From: Eledone cirrhosa
Taxonomy: Eukaryota
Assembly: GCA_964016885.1 (NCBI GenBank)
Contig: OZ024760.1
Coordinates: 2,108,001-2,172,000 of the forward strand
DNA: 64,000 bases
Reading direction: 5' to 3'
Position numbers and translations under genes: made by a program
The notes under the pieces: model-generated
Seen by the model: the letters and a program-made list of their open reading frames with translations, nothing else
The model's database searches: none
Told to the model about the DNA's origin: nothing
Shown here: positions 1 to 13,772 of the stretch, one piece after another
How the letters are laid out: each line of letters opens with the position of its first letter
How positions within the stretch are numbered: the stretch's first letter is position 1

Positions 1-104
1 TACAGGACTAGAACTGTTTCCTTCAAAAGAAATCACCAGGCAAGCAATAATATGTTTTTCCCCATGATTTTCTTCGAATGAAACAGTTCTAGTCCTGTAG
101 AAGC
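1..104. ncRNA. Fold-back with two degenerate hammerhead motifs, one per arm
   Basis: Arms TACAGGACTAGAACTGTTTC / GAAACAGTTCTAGTCCTGTA; stem III GAAACAG..CTGTA; cores decayed (CTGGTGA minus, CCCATGA plus). Confidence 0.5.
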
Positions 105-281
105 CATTGCTATATTAAATTTTGTTGTATACACTCTACTAATGTATTGAGTACCTTATTTACTGTGGTTAATCCCGATTGAACCCAGTGCAGAGTGATC
201 AAAATTGAGTCAGTAGGCACCTCTTAACTCAATATACATCCCGACCCACACACCCTACTCCATCCTCCCATTTTCATCTGC

Positions 282-563
282 TGTAAAGTGGTCATGTAAG
301 TGACACAACAAAAGGCACCCAGTCCACACTGTAAAATGGTCGTGTAGGTGACAACAAAAAGTACCCACTCCACACTGTAAAGTGGTCGTGTAGGTGACAA
401 CAAAAAGTACCCAGTCCACACTGTAAAGTGGTTGTGTAGGTGACAACAAAAAGTACCCAGTCCACACTGTAAAGTGGTCATGTATGTGACACAACAAAAA
501 GCACACAGTCCACACTGTAAAGTGGTCGTGTAGGTGACAACAAAAAGTACCCAGTCCACACTG
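282..563. repeat. 46-48 bp minisatellite, ~6 copies, SINE-internal
   Basis: CCAGTCCACACTGTAAAGTGGTCGTGTAGGTGACAACAAAAAGTAC units. Confidence 0.9.
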
Positions 564-777
564 AATGTTTAAATACCATATTACTTAAACCATTCAAATA
601 TTAACTGAATAGGTGTAAATATAGTGTACATTTTATTAATTGTGTGGAATACCAGCTCTGTATCTATTTTTTATATTTCTATACACATAAATCCTTTTGA
701 AGTTCAGTTCATGATATAATTCCAATTACATATGGTGAGCCCCAAAGTCTGACACCAAAAACCTCATTTTACAAATA

Positions 778-1003
778 TTAACCCTTTAGCATTTACATTA
801 CTCTATATTTACTATTGTATTTTCACACTAAAGGCTTCACCTGACATACTTATCTCACATAATATCGAATCTATGAGATATTTATATTATTTATTTTGAG
901 AACAATACCTTAACATCAGTATGAGTGGCCAGTTACAGCCAGTTTGAACAGAAAGGTGAGAATTTCTGGCCAGATACGGCCACTTTAAATGCTAAAGGGT
1001 TAA
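778..1003. mobile_element. TTAA-flanked MITE (piggyBac-like ends); many copies in window
   Basis: TTAACCCTTTAGCATTTA...TAAATGCTAAAGGGTTAA; further copies near 4130-4580, 23123-23563, 35546-35755 and tandem 180-bp copies at 59902-60411. Confidence 0.8.
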
Positions 1004-2378
1004 AATTCAGTTCATGATATAATTCCAATTGCATATGGTGAGCCCCAAAATCTGACACCAAAAACCTCATTTTACAAATAATAAAAGAAATGTTTAGATA
1101 GAAAACATGCAATTTTTCAGTGTGACACTATAGGCAAATACTTAAAATCAGAGACATTTTATTGCTGATAATGGTTTCTGATTTGGGCACAAGGCCAACA
1201 ATTTTGAGGGAGGGAAAAGTCAATTAAATTAACCCCATTACATTACTGGTACTTTATTTATTGACCCTGTAAGGATGAATGGCAAAGCTAACCTTGGCAA
1301 GATTTGAACATAAAGGAATGTAACTGCATGCCACAAAATATTGGTTTCTGATTTAGGCACAAAGCCAACAATTTTGGGGGAGATTCAGTATGACACAGTG
1401 TTTGACAGGTCTGGCTCATTGAATTACAGGTACCGTCCATCCAGTGGGCCTCCAAGCAGTTTCAGTCTACCAAATTTCACTCACAAAGGATGCCTTCACT
1501 ATGACTTACAGACTCCATGTCTCTACCATGTACTATTATTAATTGAAGTGACTGCTCTCCTAAGCGGGTTGCCTTCACTACAGTTTATGGAGCTCACATC
1601 TCAGCCATCATGTAGTTTTATATATTTAGTGTAACTGTTCTCGCAGGTGGATTGCCTTCATGACAACTTACAAACACCATGACTCCATTATATAGTCTAA
1701 TTTATTTGGAGTAACTGCTCTCCTAGACAGGTTGTCCTCATTACAGCTTACAGAGTATACATCTCCATCATGTAATTTCATTATTTGGAAACTAGATGGG
1801 TTGCCTTCACTGCGAATTAACAAACACTATGTCTCCCTCATGTAGGTTTATCTATTAGGGGTGACTGCTCTCGTAGGTAGGTTGCTTTCATTACAGTTAA
1901 CAGAGTCTACATCTCCCTGCAGTTTTTATATGAATTTATATCTTTCCCTGAAAGGTTGTCCTTTGTTCTAGCATTTGCTTGGAGTTACTGCTTTTCTAGA
2001 CAGGTTGCCTCCACTGGAGCTGACAGAGTCTACATCTCCCTGCAGTTTCTTATATGAATTTATATCTTTCCTTGACAGGTTGTGCTGTGTTCTAGTATTT
2101 GTTTGGAATTACTGCTCTCCCAGGAAGGTTGCCTTCACTACAATTTGCAAAGCCCACATATGTCCCATAATCCAAAATGATAATAATGGACCCCTCATCC
2201 CTCCACCAGCCCCAAAGACAATATCCCATCAAACAATGTCTTTCAGACTTTAAATATTTGCCAGCTAAACTAATCTACACTAAAATGACAATAACATGTT
2301 TACATGGTTTCAGGTAAACACATTTTTACTTCTAATGAAAAGAGTATGAAATATCTGTACATACCAGTATACAGTCAA

Positions 2379-2466
<88 letters not shown>

Positions 2467-2471
2467 GTATA

Positions 2472-2568
<97 letters not shown>

Positions 2569-2620
2569 TTATGTGTGAGTGTATATATATATATATATAA
2601 TGTATATATATATATATATA

Positions 2621-2678
<58 letters not shown>

Positions 2679-2834
2679 TGTATATATATAAATATATATA
2701 ACAATGTATATAGTTAGTTCCACAATAAGTTATCACACCAGGTTGGTAATTCGTTGTGGAACCAACTCTATACCGAACTCGTCCTCTGGACTGAGTGCTC
2801 TACTTACTACAGATATAACCTCCTGTTTTTTTTA

Positions 2835-2880
<46 letters not shown>

Positions 2881-2905
2881 CACACATACAGACACAAATA
2901 CTAAC

Positions 2906-3099
2906 CTTTAGTTGTGAAGTGGCACTCAGAAGTTTGTCCTTCTTCCTTTGTGTCTTTGGAGAGAGTTTTGAAGACAAAGAGGTGGCTTTGCCAGCAGTGC
3001 GGAAACCCGTCTTCCCTGATAAAGCTGCTTCTCTCTTCTCCATCTTTTTCAGTTCCTTTTCCATTTTTTTAGCATGCTTAGCATCATATTCTGGATCAT
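2906..3099 (-). CDS. OTOF: Otoferlin-like linker exon, last exon visible in window
   Basis: cag|AT...AAG|gttagt; 194 nt, phase 1/0; DPEYDAKHAKKMEKELKKMEKREAALSGKTGFRTAGK...LLSATSQLK. Confidence 0.87.
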
Positions 3100-3156
3100 C
3101 TGAAGATAACAGAAGCAAAAGAAAGAAACAAACAAAATATCAATAAATAAATACAT

Positions 3157-3227
3157 AAATCGATGGTTCAGTGGTAGAATGCTCGCCTGCCATGTGGGCG
3201 GCCCGGGTTCGATTCCCGGTCGATGCA
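3157..3227 (+). tRNA. tRNA-Gly(GCC)-derived copy, probably a pseudogene or SINE head
   Basis: TGGTTCAGTGGTAGAATGCTCGCCTGCCATGTGGGCGGCCCGGGTTCGATTCCCGGTCGATGCA; A and B boxes intact, anticodon GCC at 3189-3191; first two acceptor-stem bases unpaired (AA for GC); CACGCG changed to CATGTG. Confidence 0.8.
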
Positions 3228-4619
3228 ACCATTTTCAAAGGGCGGTGCCCCGGCATGGCCTCAGCCGGATGGCTGGAACAAGCAAAAGAGTAAATTAATT
3301 AATTAATAAATAATTCTAATAATTGTTTCTATTTTAGGCACAAGGCCAGCAATTACCCAGTACATTACTGGTACTTTATTTTATCGACCCCGTAAGGATG
3401 AAAGGCAAAGTTAACCTCGGCGGGATTTGAACTCAGATCATAAAGGGACGTAACTATGCTTCAAAGCATGGTGTCCGACTCTCTACCGATACTGCCCTAA
3501 TAATGATTTCTACTTTAGGCACAAGGTTAGGGGGTTGAAGGGAGAGTCAATTAAATCAACCCCCAGAGCGTTACTAGTACTTTATTTTATTGACTTCGAA
3601 AGGATGAATGGCAAAGCTAACCTCAGAACTCAAAGGGCCATAACTCTATGCCACGAAGCATGTTGTCTGATGCTCTACCAAATCTGCCAATAATAATAAT
3701 AATAATTGTTTCTACTTTTGGGACAAAGCCAGCAATTATCCCAGTGCATTACTGGTACTTTATTTTATCGACCCCGTGAGGATGAATTGCAAAGTTAACC
3801 TCGGAGGGATTTGAATTCAGACCGTAAAGGGGCGTAACTCTATGCTACAAATCATGGCGTCTGACCGTCTACCGATACTGCCAATCCACTAATAATAATA
3901 AAACACCTAACATAGGCACAAGCCCATAAAAATTGATTATTTTTCTGAAAAATATAATTGAAACACAGACAATTAGATATTTCATTAGAAATAAGGTTTC
4001 ATAAGAATTAACCTTCTTGGTGCTGTCAGCGACATAAGTCACCGATAGAGTAATCCTCCCTTAATACATAATTCTGTGTCAAGGAAAGCTATTCATAAAA
4101 AATTCAGCGTCCTAAAGCTTAATATTCTCTACCATTTAGTATTTAAACTGGTCACATCTGGCCAGAACTCTCTCACCTCTTTCTATTCAAACCAACTGTA
4201 ACTGCTCACTCATACTGATGTTAATCCTTCAGCATTTACATTACTCTATATTTACGATTGTATTTTCAAGGTAAACACTTTATTTCACATACATATCTCG
4301 TATAATATCGAATCTATGAGATTTTGATATTATTTATTTGGGAACAATACCTTAACATCAGTATCAGTGGCCAGTTACAGCCGGTTTGAACAGAAAAAAG
4401 TGAGAGAACTCTGGCCAGATATGGCTGGTTTAAATGCTAAAAGGTCAAGGTATTGTTCTCAAAATAAATAACATCAAAATCTCATAGATTTGATATTATT
4501 TGAGACAATTATGTAAGATAAAGCCTTTACCGTGAAAATACAATAGTAAATATAGAGTAATGTAAATGCTAAAGGGCTAAATAAAAAAGAAATTACTATA
4601 TTATAAAAATCTTTCTTAC

Positions 4620-4743
4620 CTGAACTCGGTTTGCCATTTGGTATGGCACCGTACGGAGTGGTCTCTTCAGATGGCTTGATCTTGTGACTTGGAGAATCTC
4701 TGGTATCACCTTCACCAGTTAAATCGTCTTTCTTGTAGTGTTC
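4620..4743 (-). CDS. OTOF: Otoferlin-like linker exon
   Basis: cag|GAA...TCAG|gtaaga; 124 nt, phase 0/1; [41 protein letters not shown]. Confidence 0.85.
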
Positions 4744-4881
4744 CTGCAATTATACAAAAGTATGGAAACATGTTTGGACACATTTTTTACCATTTCCAGT
4801 TTTTACCATCATCACATTACAGTCTATTTCTACAGTATATATTATATGGTATTAAGATGATGATGATGATGATGAAGATGA

Positions 4882-4918
<37 letters not shown>

Positions 4919-4953
4919 TATATATATATATCATCATCATATTAATATATATA

Positions 4954-5061
<108 letters not shown>

Positions 5062-5174
5062 GTATACACATACATACAATTATACACACACAAACACACA
5101 GATATACATATTTATATACATACATGATGACATTAAGGTTTATGTATTATAATGTAAACCAATGTAAAATTATT

Positions 5175-5251
<77 letters not shown>

Positions 5252-6138
5252 CATTTTATACATACATACATGTATACATGTATACATTCAATTATACACA
5301 CACACACAAACGCACACACACACATATATATATACAGGTATATATGTATGTATGTATAAATATATTTATATATATATTCATATTATATATATATATATAT
5401 TATATATATTATATATGTATAATATATATATATAATATATATATATATATAATATATATTATATATATATATATATATATACATATATATATACACACAC
5501 AAGGTTTTCTCTCTCAATGAAGCAAAGCAAATAATTAAGCAGTATTTGTTAGATGGTTTATTTGACAAAGTTATGTTGGGATATTTCAAAAATAAACTTT
5601 CTGTTAGTTGCTTCTTGAGATCTAAATATAGTAAAGAGCACAAATCATAATATATATATGAACAGACAAACAGACAAATGCATGACTGAACAGATAGATA
5701 GATATATAGATACACACAGCAATAGACAAACAGATATATTAATAAGCTAACAGACATGCATGTTGGTATGTAGATTTATGTACATATTCCCATTTTCATT
5801 TCCATTCACAAGGATGGGGATCAACCCTAAGCTATTGTTAAAACATTTTTCTAAGGTGCCATACAGTAGGTTTGAACATGGAATCCTGTGATTGTAAAAT
5901 AAATTACTTCATCACACAACTATCAGATCTTCTGATACAGTTTGGGGATTTCAGGGCCTTAAGAATTAGGAACCATGAGAGGAGAATAAATATTTTAGAA
6001 TTTGATCATTCTTGTTTCCAGTCTTTGAAAAAATTAAGTATTCTTACATTGGTAAATATTCTACTGTGCTGAAGTATGGAACAAACTACTTACATCAGTT
6101 GTTAGCTGTCGAGATACTACATACTTTAAAACCTCCAT

Positions 6139-6478
6139 CATCATCATCATTTTACGTCCACTTTTCCCTGCTTGCAAGGGTGGGACGGGAACTGATTCTG
6201 GCTTGAGTTCTACAGCTGGATGCCCTTCCTAACACCAACCTCATTTACAGTGAGTGCTGGGTGCTTTTTTTTGCCGTGGCACCTCCACGACCACTTTGCA
6301 GTGGAATGATATGGACCCGTGTCCCTATCATCTCATTTCTACAGCTGAGTAAACTGGAGCAATGTGAAATAAAGTGTCTTGCTCAAGGAAACAACACATC
6401 ACCCGGTCTGAGAATTCAACACACAACCTTTTGATTGCAAGGCCAATGCTCCACTAACCACTAAGCCATGTGCCTCCA
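6139..6478 (-). mobile_element. Second tRNA-derived SINE family with (GAT)n tail, nested in a LINE 3' remnant
   Basis: GGAGGCACATGGCTTAGTGGTTAG head, TCCTTGAGCAAGACACTT core, CCTCCAT TSD; other copies ~34255-34612 (+), 40900-41225, 50575-50902, 51125-51582 (-). Confidence 0.82.
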
Positions 6479-6971
6479 TGCTTCCTGAAATTCACCAACA
6501 CTACACTTGATATTCCCCCCCCATACACATGCACACATGTATTTCATGACTCATACACTGTTCATTTTCCTGACATTTGAACATTATTCTATGTACTATA
6601 CATGCACCTTTGATGAGTTGTAATGCCCCTTAGCACTGTACACAATAATTTCATTATTATTATTATGACTAAAGATAGAAAAGGTGAACTAGTTAAATTA
6701 GGTAATGTAAATGTTGAAGCCAAGTTATTTAACCCTTTAGCCTTTATATTACTCTATATTTACTATTATATCTTTGTGGTAAGCTTTTGTGACTATTTAT
6801 AATGAAATATAGTCTCTTTCAATTAATTAATGCAGAATTTTGAAGGATTTACTCAAATGATTAATTATATATATATGCACATATCATTTATATATATATA
6901 ATTAATCTAATAATATATATTTCATCTTTTTTTCTATATATATAATTTTTTTTTTCTTATAGAATTTTAAA

Positions 6972-7058
6972 GGGTCCGTCAAGCTGCCGGTCATTGAGTC
7001 GGGTAAGATTGATACAGATCGAACCTTGAGCTGATCAGTGGCGAAACGCGCGTCACCT
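6972..7058 (+). ncRNA. Hammerhead-like fold with aberrant core
   Basis: GGGT-CCGTCAA-GCTGCCGGTCA...TGATCAGTGGC-GAAACGCGCGTC-ACCT then AATAAA; stems I-III pair but the core is CCGTCAA rather than CTGANGA. Confidence 0.5.
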
Positions 7059-7105
7059 ACCAATAAATGTAATGAAGGAGTAACCAATCGTCCTTGTTAT
7101 CCTTT

Positions 7106-7157
<52 letters not shown>

Positions 7158-7384
7158 CTCTAGACATAGCTATTGACCAGTTAATTTTATTGTTCATTTT
7201 TTGTCGATTCTATTAAGTGATGAATAGCTCCTGTTTATTTTAACATGTCTATTGAGCACTTTTATTCGATATGTGTATTTCCACATTTTCCCGAATAGTT
7301 TTCGCGGATGTAGAGGTTATCTCCCTTGCCGAATTCCATGTGCGTATTTAGCTTGGGTTATGCCATTTCATCTGTTTGGACAAA

Positions 7385-7521
7385 GCTCGTTGAAGAAGTA
7401 AATTTCCTGTCCGCTGAATTCTAGAAGTCTTATATATTTTTATGTGAGCTGATAGAGAGCAGTTTAAGGATTTACAGAAACCCAAGAAGCTAGATTTAAC
7501 ATCTTCCTAGCGGGTCCGGGT
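7385..7521 (+). ncRNA. Type I hammerhead motif with extended stems (C3U)
   Basis: GCTCG-TTGAAGA-AGTAAATTTCCT...AAGGATTTACA-GAAACCC...GGGTC-CGGGT; GUC triplet. Confidence 0.6.
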
Positions 7522-7759
7522 ATGCTTTTTACATTCATTTAATTTATTGATTTATTGAGATTTTTTATCAAGTGTCCCGAATCTTCCGGATCGCAAATTT
7601 TCGATCGTGCGGTTGATTATAGACTTGTTCTGCGTGTGACGGTATTTTAACGATAGTTATAGCTCTGATTTATCTAAATTATAGAGCACTCTGCTGCTCA
7701 TATCGAATTTTGTTTATCGTGAACTCGTGCGCCGATTTTTCGATACTCGATTATTCTAC

Positions 7760-7792
<33 letters not shown>

Positions 7793-8343
7793 GTGAGCAA
7801 GACAATCACTCTTGCCTCAAGTGGGACTACCCCCGTCCAAACCCATGCAAGCGTGGAACACGGACGTTAAACGTTGATGATGATGATGATGATGATATAC
7901 TTTGTTTTTGAATTTGTTTTCCAAGATTTCTTATCTTAAAATTGTTAACCATGTAGCCAACAACAACCCTGAGTACCTTTTTGATTTCCATGTGTCTAAC
8001 ACACGTGGAGATACCCACAAAGTAAGAAAATAGCACAGTTCCCATGACTTTCGGAAACATTTTTTCACGCTCAGAGTTGCTTAAGCATGGAACAAACTAC
8101 CTGCATCAGTTGTTAGCTGTCGAGACACTACATCCTTTAAGGCCTCCATGGAACAAACTACCTGCATCAGTTGTTAGCTGTCGAAACACTGCATCCTTTA
8201 AGGCCTCCATGCTTCCTGAGATCCGCCAACACTACAGCTAACACATACACACATGTACTTCCCTGACATTTGTATATTATTCTATGTACTATACATACAC
8301 CTTTGACGAGTTGTAGTGCACCTGAGCACTTTACACAATAATT

Positions 8344-8385
<42 letters not shown>

Positions 8386-8767
8386 TTGTTCCTAATATAA
8401 TAACTTAAAATTTGGTTCTTGTATTATATGATGGAAGATATAAATATATATAGTAATTGTTTGAAAGGGGTGGTTTCCTTTCATAGAACCAGGGCCGGTT
8501 TTGGCTGGGTTGGGCTGGTATCAAAAGGGTTAACATAGTCTTCAGGGAGATTTAACAAGACACAGTGTATGATAAGGCTGGCCCTTTTAATTACAGGCAC
8601 AACAGGTGCTGGTGACAGGATAAACAGCACCTGTGGCCCTCAGTAGAGTGTGGGGCTGTATGTAAAATAAGATATCCCTCCCTACACACACACACTGGCC
8701 TGTCTGTGAGATCAGGGGCTCCAGTTCAGTACTTTGCTAGTAGGGGAACAGGGTCATTAAAGGTTGG

Positions 8768-9427
8768 CGATGATGGCACAGATCATGATGGTGATGGTGA
8801 TGATGGTGATGATGGTGATGATGGTGATGATGATGATGACACTGATCATGGTGGTGATGATGACACTGATCATGATGGTGATGATAATGGTGATGATGAT
8901 AATGGTGATGATGAACCTGACCATGATGATGATGATGATGATGATGATGGTGATGATGACACTGACCATGATGGTGATGGTGATGATGATGATGGTGATG
9001 GTGATGATGACACTGACCATGATGGTGATGATGATGGTGATGGTGACACTGACCATGATGATGACACTGACCATGATGATGACACTGACCATGATGGTGA
9101 TAATGATGGTGATGTTGATGATGGTGATGTTGATGATGGTGATGATGACACTGACCATGATGGTGATGCTGATAATGGTGATGATGATGGTGATGATGAC
9201 ACTGACCATGGTGGTGATGATGATGATGATGATGATGATGACAATAACGACATTGACGATGATGAGGGTGATGATGATGATGGTGACGACGACGACAATG
9301 GCGACATTGATGATGATGATGATGATGAGGGTGATGGTGATGATCACAATGATGATGATGGTGATGTTGTTGATGGTGATGACGACTGTGATGATGACTG
9401 TGATGATAAGGACAACGAGAGAAGGAC

Positions 9428-9464
<37 letters not shown>

Positions 9465-9501
9465 CGATGATGATGACGATGATGACGATGATGATGATGA
9501 T
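8768..9501. repeat. (GAT)n/(GGT)n compound microsatellite
   Basis: Direct reading; similar tracts at 15654-16660 and 61128-61580. Confidence 0.95.
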
Positions 9502-9967
9502 TGAACCCACCACTTTTACTAACTGAATTAACAGGAGCAACAACATGAAATAAGGGTCTTTTCTTGCTGAAGGACCTACCATGCTGCCAGAAAGGGAACT
9601 CATAACCTTACGATCATAAATCAAACACCTGAACCCCTAGGCCACACTTTTCTTGCTTCTCAGTAGATAATTTAAAGGGATTAATCTAATCTAAGATCAA
9701 ACTACTGTCAACCATAACTGGGAAACCCCGGGTAGTCAGGTAGTATATATATATATATATATATATATTTTGTTGGTTTAGTTTCATTATGGAGATCAAG
9801 CTAGGCTCAACCCCAAATATTTAAATACTTCACTAATTAGATGCACCGCGGTGCATCACACAGCACTCTTATGCAATTCAGTGCAGTGTGTATATAGTAT
9901 CTGTATTCCAGCGTGGGTGTATAGTACAGTAGAACTATATGTATATACACATACATATCTACATACC

Positions 9968-10008
<41 letters not shown>

Positions 10009-10310
10009 TCATTATATATATCATATATATCATCATATATATATGTATATATATACATGTATGCATAACCCACATTTTCACATACACACATATACACACA
10101 TATATATCTCGATGCATATACTTATAACACAGATATAAGCATGCATATACATACATACATAGATATATATATATATATATATGCATGTATATATACATTC
10201 ATATGCATATAATATATATTTATAATAGTTTGACTTAAATCCACACTACCAATGTATATATACAAATTATTATTATTATTATTATTATTATTATTTATAT
10301 ATTTGCATTC

Positions 10311-10347
<37 letters not shown>

Positions 10348-10364
10348 TATATATATATATACAC

Positions 10365-10443
<79 letters not shown>

Positions 10444-10571
10444 TATATATATACATGCAGAGAAGTACACCAATACATGCAAACAGACACATGCACACTC
10501 ATGTAAATACAATACATGCTTATATATTCATAAATATACAAACATATCCGTGTATCCATATATATACATAC

Positions 10572-10607
<36 letters not shown>

Positions 10608-10725
10608 GTACTCGTATACATATGTATATATATATATATGTATATATATATGTATATATATATATATGTATAAACATACATAAATATATATATATGTATA
10701 AACATACATAAATATATATATATAA

Positions 10726-10758
<33 letters not shown>

Positions 10759-11321
10759 GTATACATATATATATATATATAAACACAAACATCTTACGTA
10801 CATACATATATATATATACCATACAATACTGACAATGAGATAATGGAAAAGCTCCCTCCGACCTCACCCCCACCCTACCCCACTCTTCCATGTTCTCCAT
10901 GCCAAAATTTGAAATGTCTTTAATGCTACAGTTACACAATGGTAATGAGTAAAGATGTGTCATATAGATGTGGTGGTGGTGGTGGTGGATGGTGAAAGGG
11001 TTATGGTGGTGGTGGAGGTGGTGGTGGTGGTGGTAGTGGAGGAGGATTGTGTGTGAGGGTGGGGGTGGGGTGGGGGGTGTATGTTGGAAGGTAACTATGT
11101 GTGGTGGTGGTAGTGGTGGTTATGGTGGTGGTGGTGGTGGTGGTGGTGGTGGTGGTGGTGGTGGTGGTGATGCCGGTGGTGGTGATAGTGGAGAATTGTG
11201 GGGGAGTATGTTGGAAGGTGAATATATGTATGGTGATGGTGGTGGTGGTGGTGGTGGTGGTGACATGTACTCTGGTGTCAGTGTGATGTTGCAAGTAATT
11301 GGCAACGGAGAGAATATTGCT

Positions 11322-11373
<52 letters not shown>

Positions 11374-11472
11374 TTATATAACGAAGGAAATGTGGTAAGG
11401 AACCAGATGGACCATAACGCATCAAAGTACTCAATACTTAGGGTAGTAGAGTGGGTAATAGGAACGAGTAGG

Positions 11473-11568
11473 ACCCCGACGGCTGAGCTCAAGCCGTTTC
11501 GACGGCTAATTCTGGACTAAATGAAAATTTTTATCCTGGTACATGAATAGCCGAGCTTCTCAGGGGGT
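11473..11568 (-). ncRNA. Type I hammerhead motif (core 1 nt short)
   Basis: ACCCC-CTGAGAA-GCTCGGCTATTC...GAATTAGCCGTC-GAAACGGCT-TGAGCTC-AGCCGTC-GGGGT; GUC triplet. Confidence 0.7.
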
Positions 11569-12856
11569 AATTCCATATATGGTAAAAGTGATTGTCACAA
11601 GGATTGGTCAAAAGTTTGTTGTTGAGACACATAATTCTATCATGGCAATTTGTGGAAGGAAGGGGTAGCTGAACTTGCCAGTAGAAGAAAGAGGGAGAAG
11701 GAGTCGTGCGTTGATAGTGCCAACTACAGCGGGATCCTAAGGGCAGGAGGTCAAGAAAGTATACTACGGAGGCGGAGGAAGTTGAAACGGTAAGTAAATC
11801 AATATGGAGTAAAAATATAGAAGGATAATAAGAATGTTAAAAATATAAAAAAACAATTTCTGGTTACTATTCCCCTACCCCCATCATCAAGTCTCTCACT
11901 GGTATTGCCAAACTATAGAGAAGTTTAATAGGTGGGATGGAATTGTAGTGAAAGAATTTTATGAGTTAGTAGTAATCATCTGAATCTATCTTACAGTGAC
12001 AGGTCAACAAGTATTAAAGAAACTACTACGAGATAATAATTCAGAGTCCCAAACTAATGCGAAATAATAATTCAGAATCCCGAAAATGAATATTAATACG
12101 ATATATAAGGGTTCCATTACGATCCAGAAATTCTAATACAAACTACATAAATGCTCATACGGTATATATGAAAAATTTGATACGAAAAAATTAATTCAGA
12201 GTCGCCCCGCACCCACCCAAAATTAAATAAATAAATAAATAAATACTGATATATGAGAAACTAAGGCGGAGATACCGCTAAGAAATCTAGAAAGCACGGA
12301 AATGGGGCAGCCATCGGATAAGAAAGAAAGTATCTGGGGTCTATCGCATCTGCTATAAAAAGCGGAGTCGGCCAATTCTATCATAGAATAGGGGATGGGG
12401 GTGGGGGTACTTAGGCTACAAAGGACCAAAGGGCTGACTCGGGGTGGGCGAGAAAGTGAAAAGGAAGACGACAAAGAAGGAGAACTGGGGTGGAAGGACT
12501 AGGAAGGGATGGGGGGGAAAGAGGGAAATATAGAGGAAACGATAAAAAGATATATAAGAAAATCTTACGTCTACCTTTGCAAGCAGGGGTTACCTATTAC
12601 AAAGTCGGCAAGTGGGGTGTTACAGCCCTTGTCTACCCCCCCCCCCCCGGGTCATTATGGGGTTTGAGGGCGAGGTAAGTCCTACGCTTAGGATCCCGCT
12701 GTAGTTGGCACTATCAACGCACAACTCCCTCTCCCTCTTTCTATTGGCAAGTTCAGCTACCCCTTCCTTCCACAAATTGCCATGATAGAATTATGTGTCT
12801 CAACAACAAACTTTTGACCAATCCTTGTGACAATCACTTTTACCATATATGGAATT

Positions 12857-12952
12857 ACCCCCTGAGAAGCTCAGCTATTCATGTACCAGGATAAAAATGT
12901 TCATTTAGTCCAGAATTAGCTATTGAAACGGCTTGAGCTCAGCCGTCGGAGT
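12857..12952 (+). ncRNA. Type I hammerhead motif, inverted copy of 11473-11568
   Basis: ACCCC-CTGAGAA...GAAACGGCTTGAGCTCAGCCGTC-GGAGT. Confidence 0.62.
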
Positions 12953-12979
12953 CCTACTCATTCCTATATATATACATAA

Positions 12980-13016
<37 letters not shown>

Positions 13017-13336
13017 TATATATATATATATATATGTAATATATATATATAAATAATATATATATATATATATTACATATATATATATATCATACATATA
13101 TATATTATATATATACATATATATATTATATATATATATACACACACACACACATGTATACATTTGACTTCTGTATCTTTGTCCAATGAAATTTCAAACA
13201 CCACACACGCACACATTCATACATACTTATAACTACATATATACATACTTGCATGCATACATACATACATTCATGCACATACATACACCCATAAACACAA
13301 ACTCACTCTCCCTTACATCCAGAGATAGATAGATAA

Positions 13337-13410
<74 letters not shown>

Positions 13411-13430
13411 AGAGTGAGAGAGAGAGAGAG

Positions 13431-13504
<74 letters not shown>

Positions 13505-13736
13505 TAGAGACTAATGGAAAGTTGAAATAGTACATGCAGGATGTGTGTGTGTGTATGTATATATATATATATACACACACACACATATATATATATACAT
13601 ATATATTATATATATATACACACATATATATATGTAAACACACACACACATATATATACACACACACATATATATATACATATTTTATACACACATATAT
13701 ATATACATATATATCTATACATCTATACACACACAC

Positions 13737-13772
<36 letters not shown>

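Larger units (their letters stand above)
11377..12967. mobile_element. (TA)n-flanked fold-back element with ~280-bp inverted arms; Penelope/retrozyme-like
   Basis: 11458-11741 is the reverse complement of 12687-12967; hammerhead in each arm; same family at ~32997-33192, ~33533-33724 and ~38315-38510. Confidence 0.75.

Noticed and set aside
5500-5622. Possible extra exon after tttag on the minus strand
   Set aside because: In the required phase 0 it hits TAA after five codons and the donor is weak.
8706-9624. Long poly-Asp, poly-His and poly-Met ORFs
   Set aside because: Translations of a (GAT)n microsatellite, open in several frames, with no splice or homology support.
11742-12686. Autonomous Penelope RT or GIY-YIG ORF in the fold-back spacer
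   Set aside because: No recognisable RT or endonuclease motifs here or elsewhere in the window, so the mobilising enzyme remains inferred.
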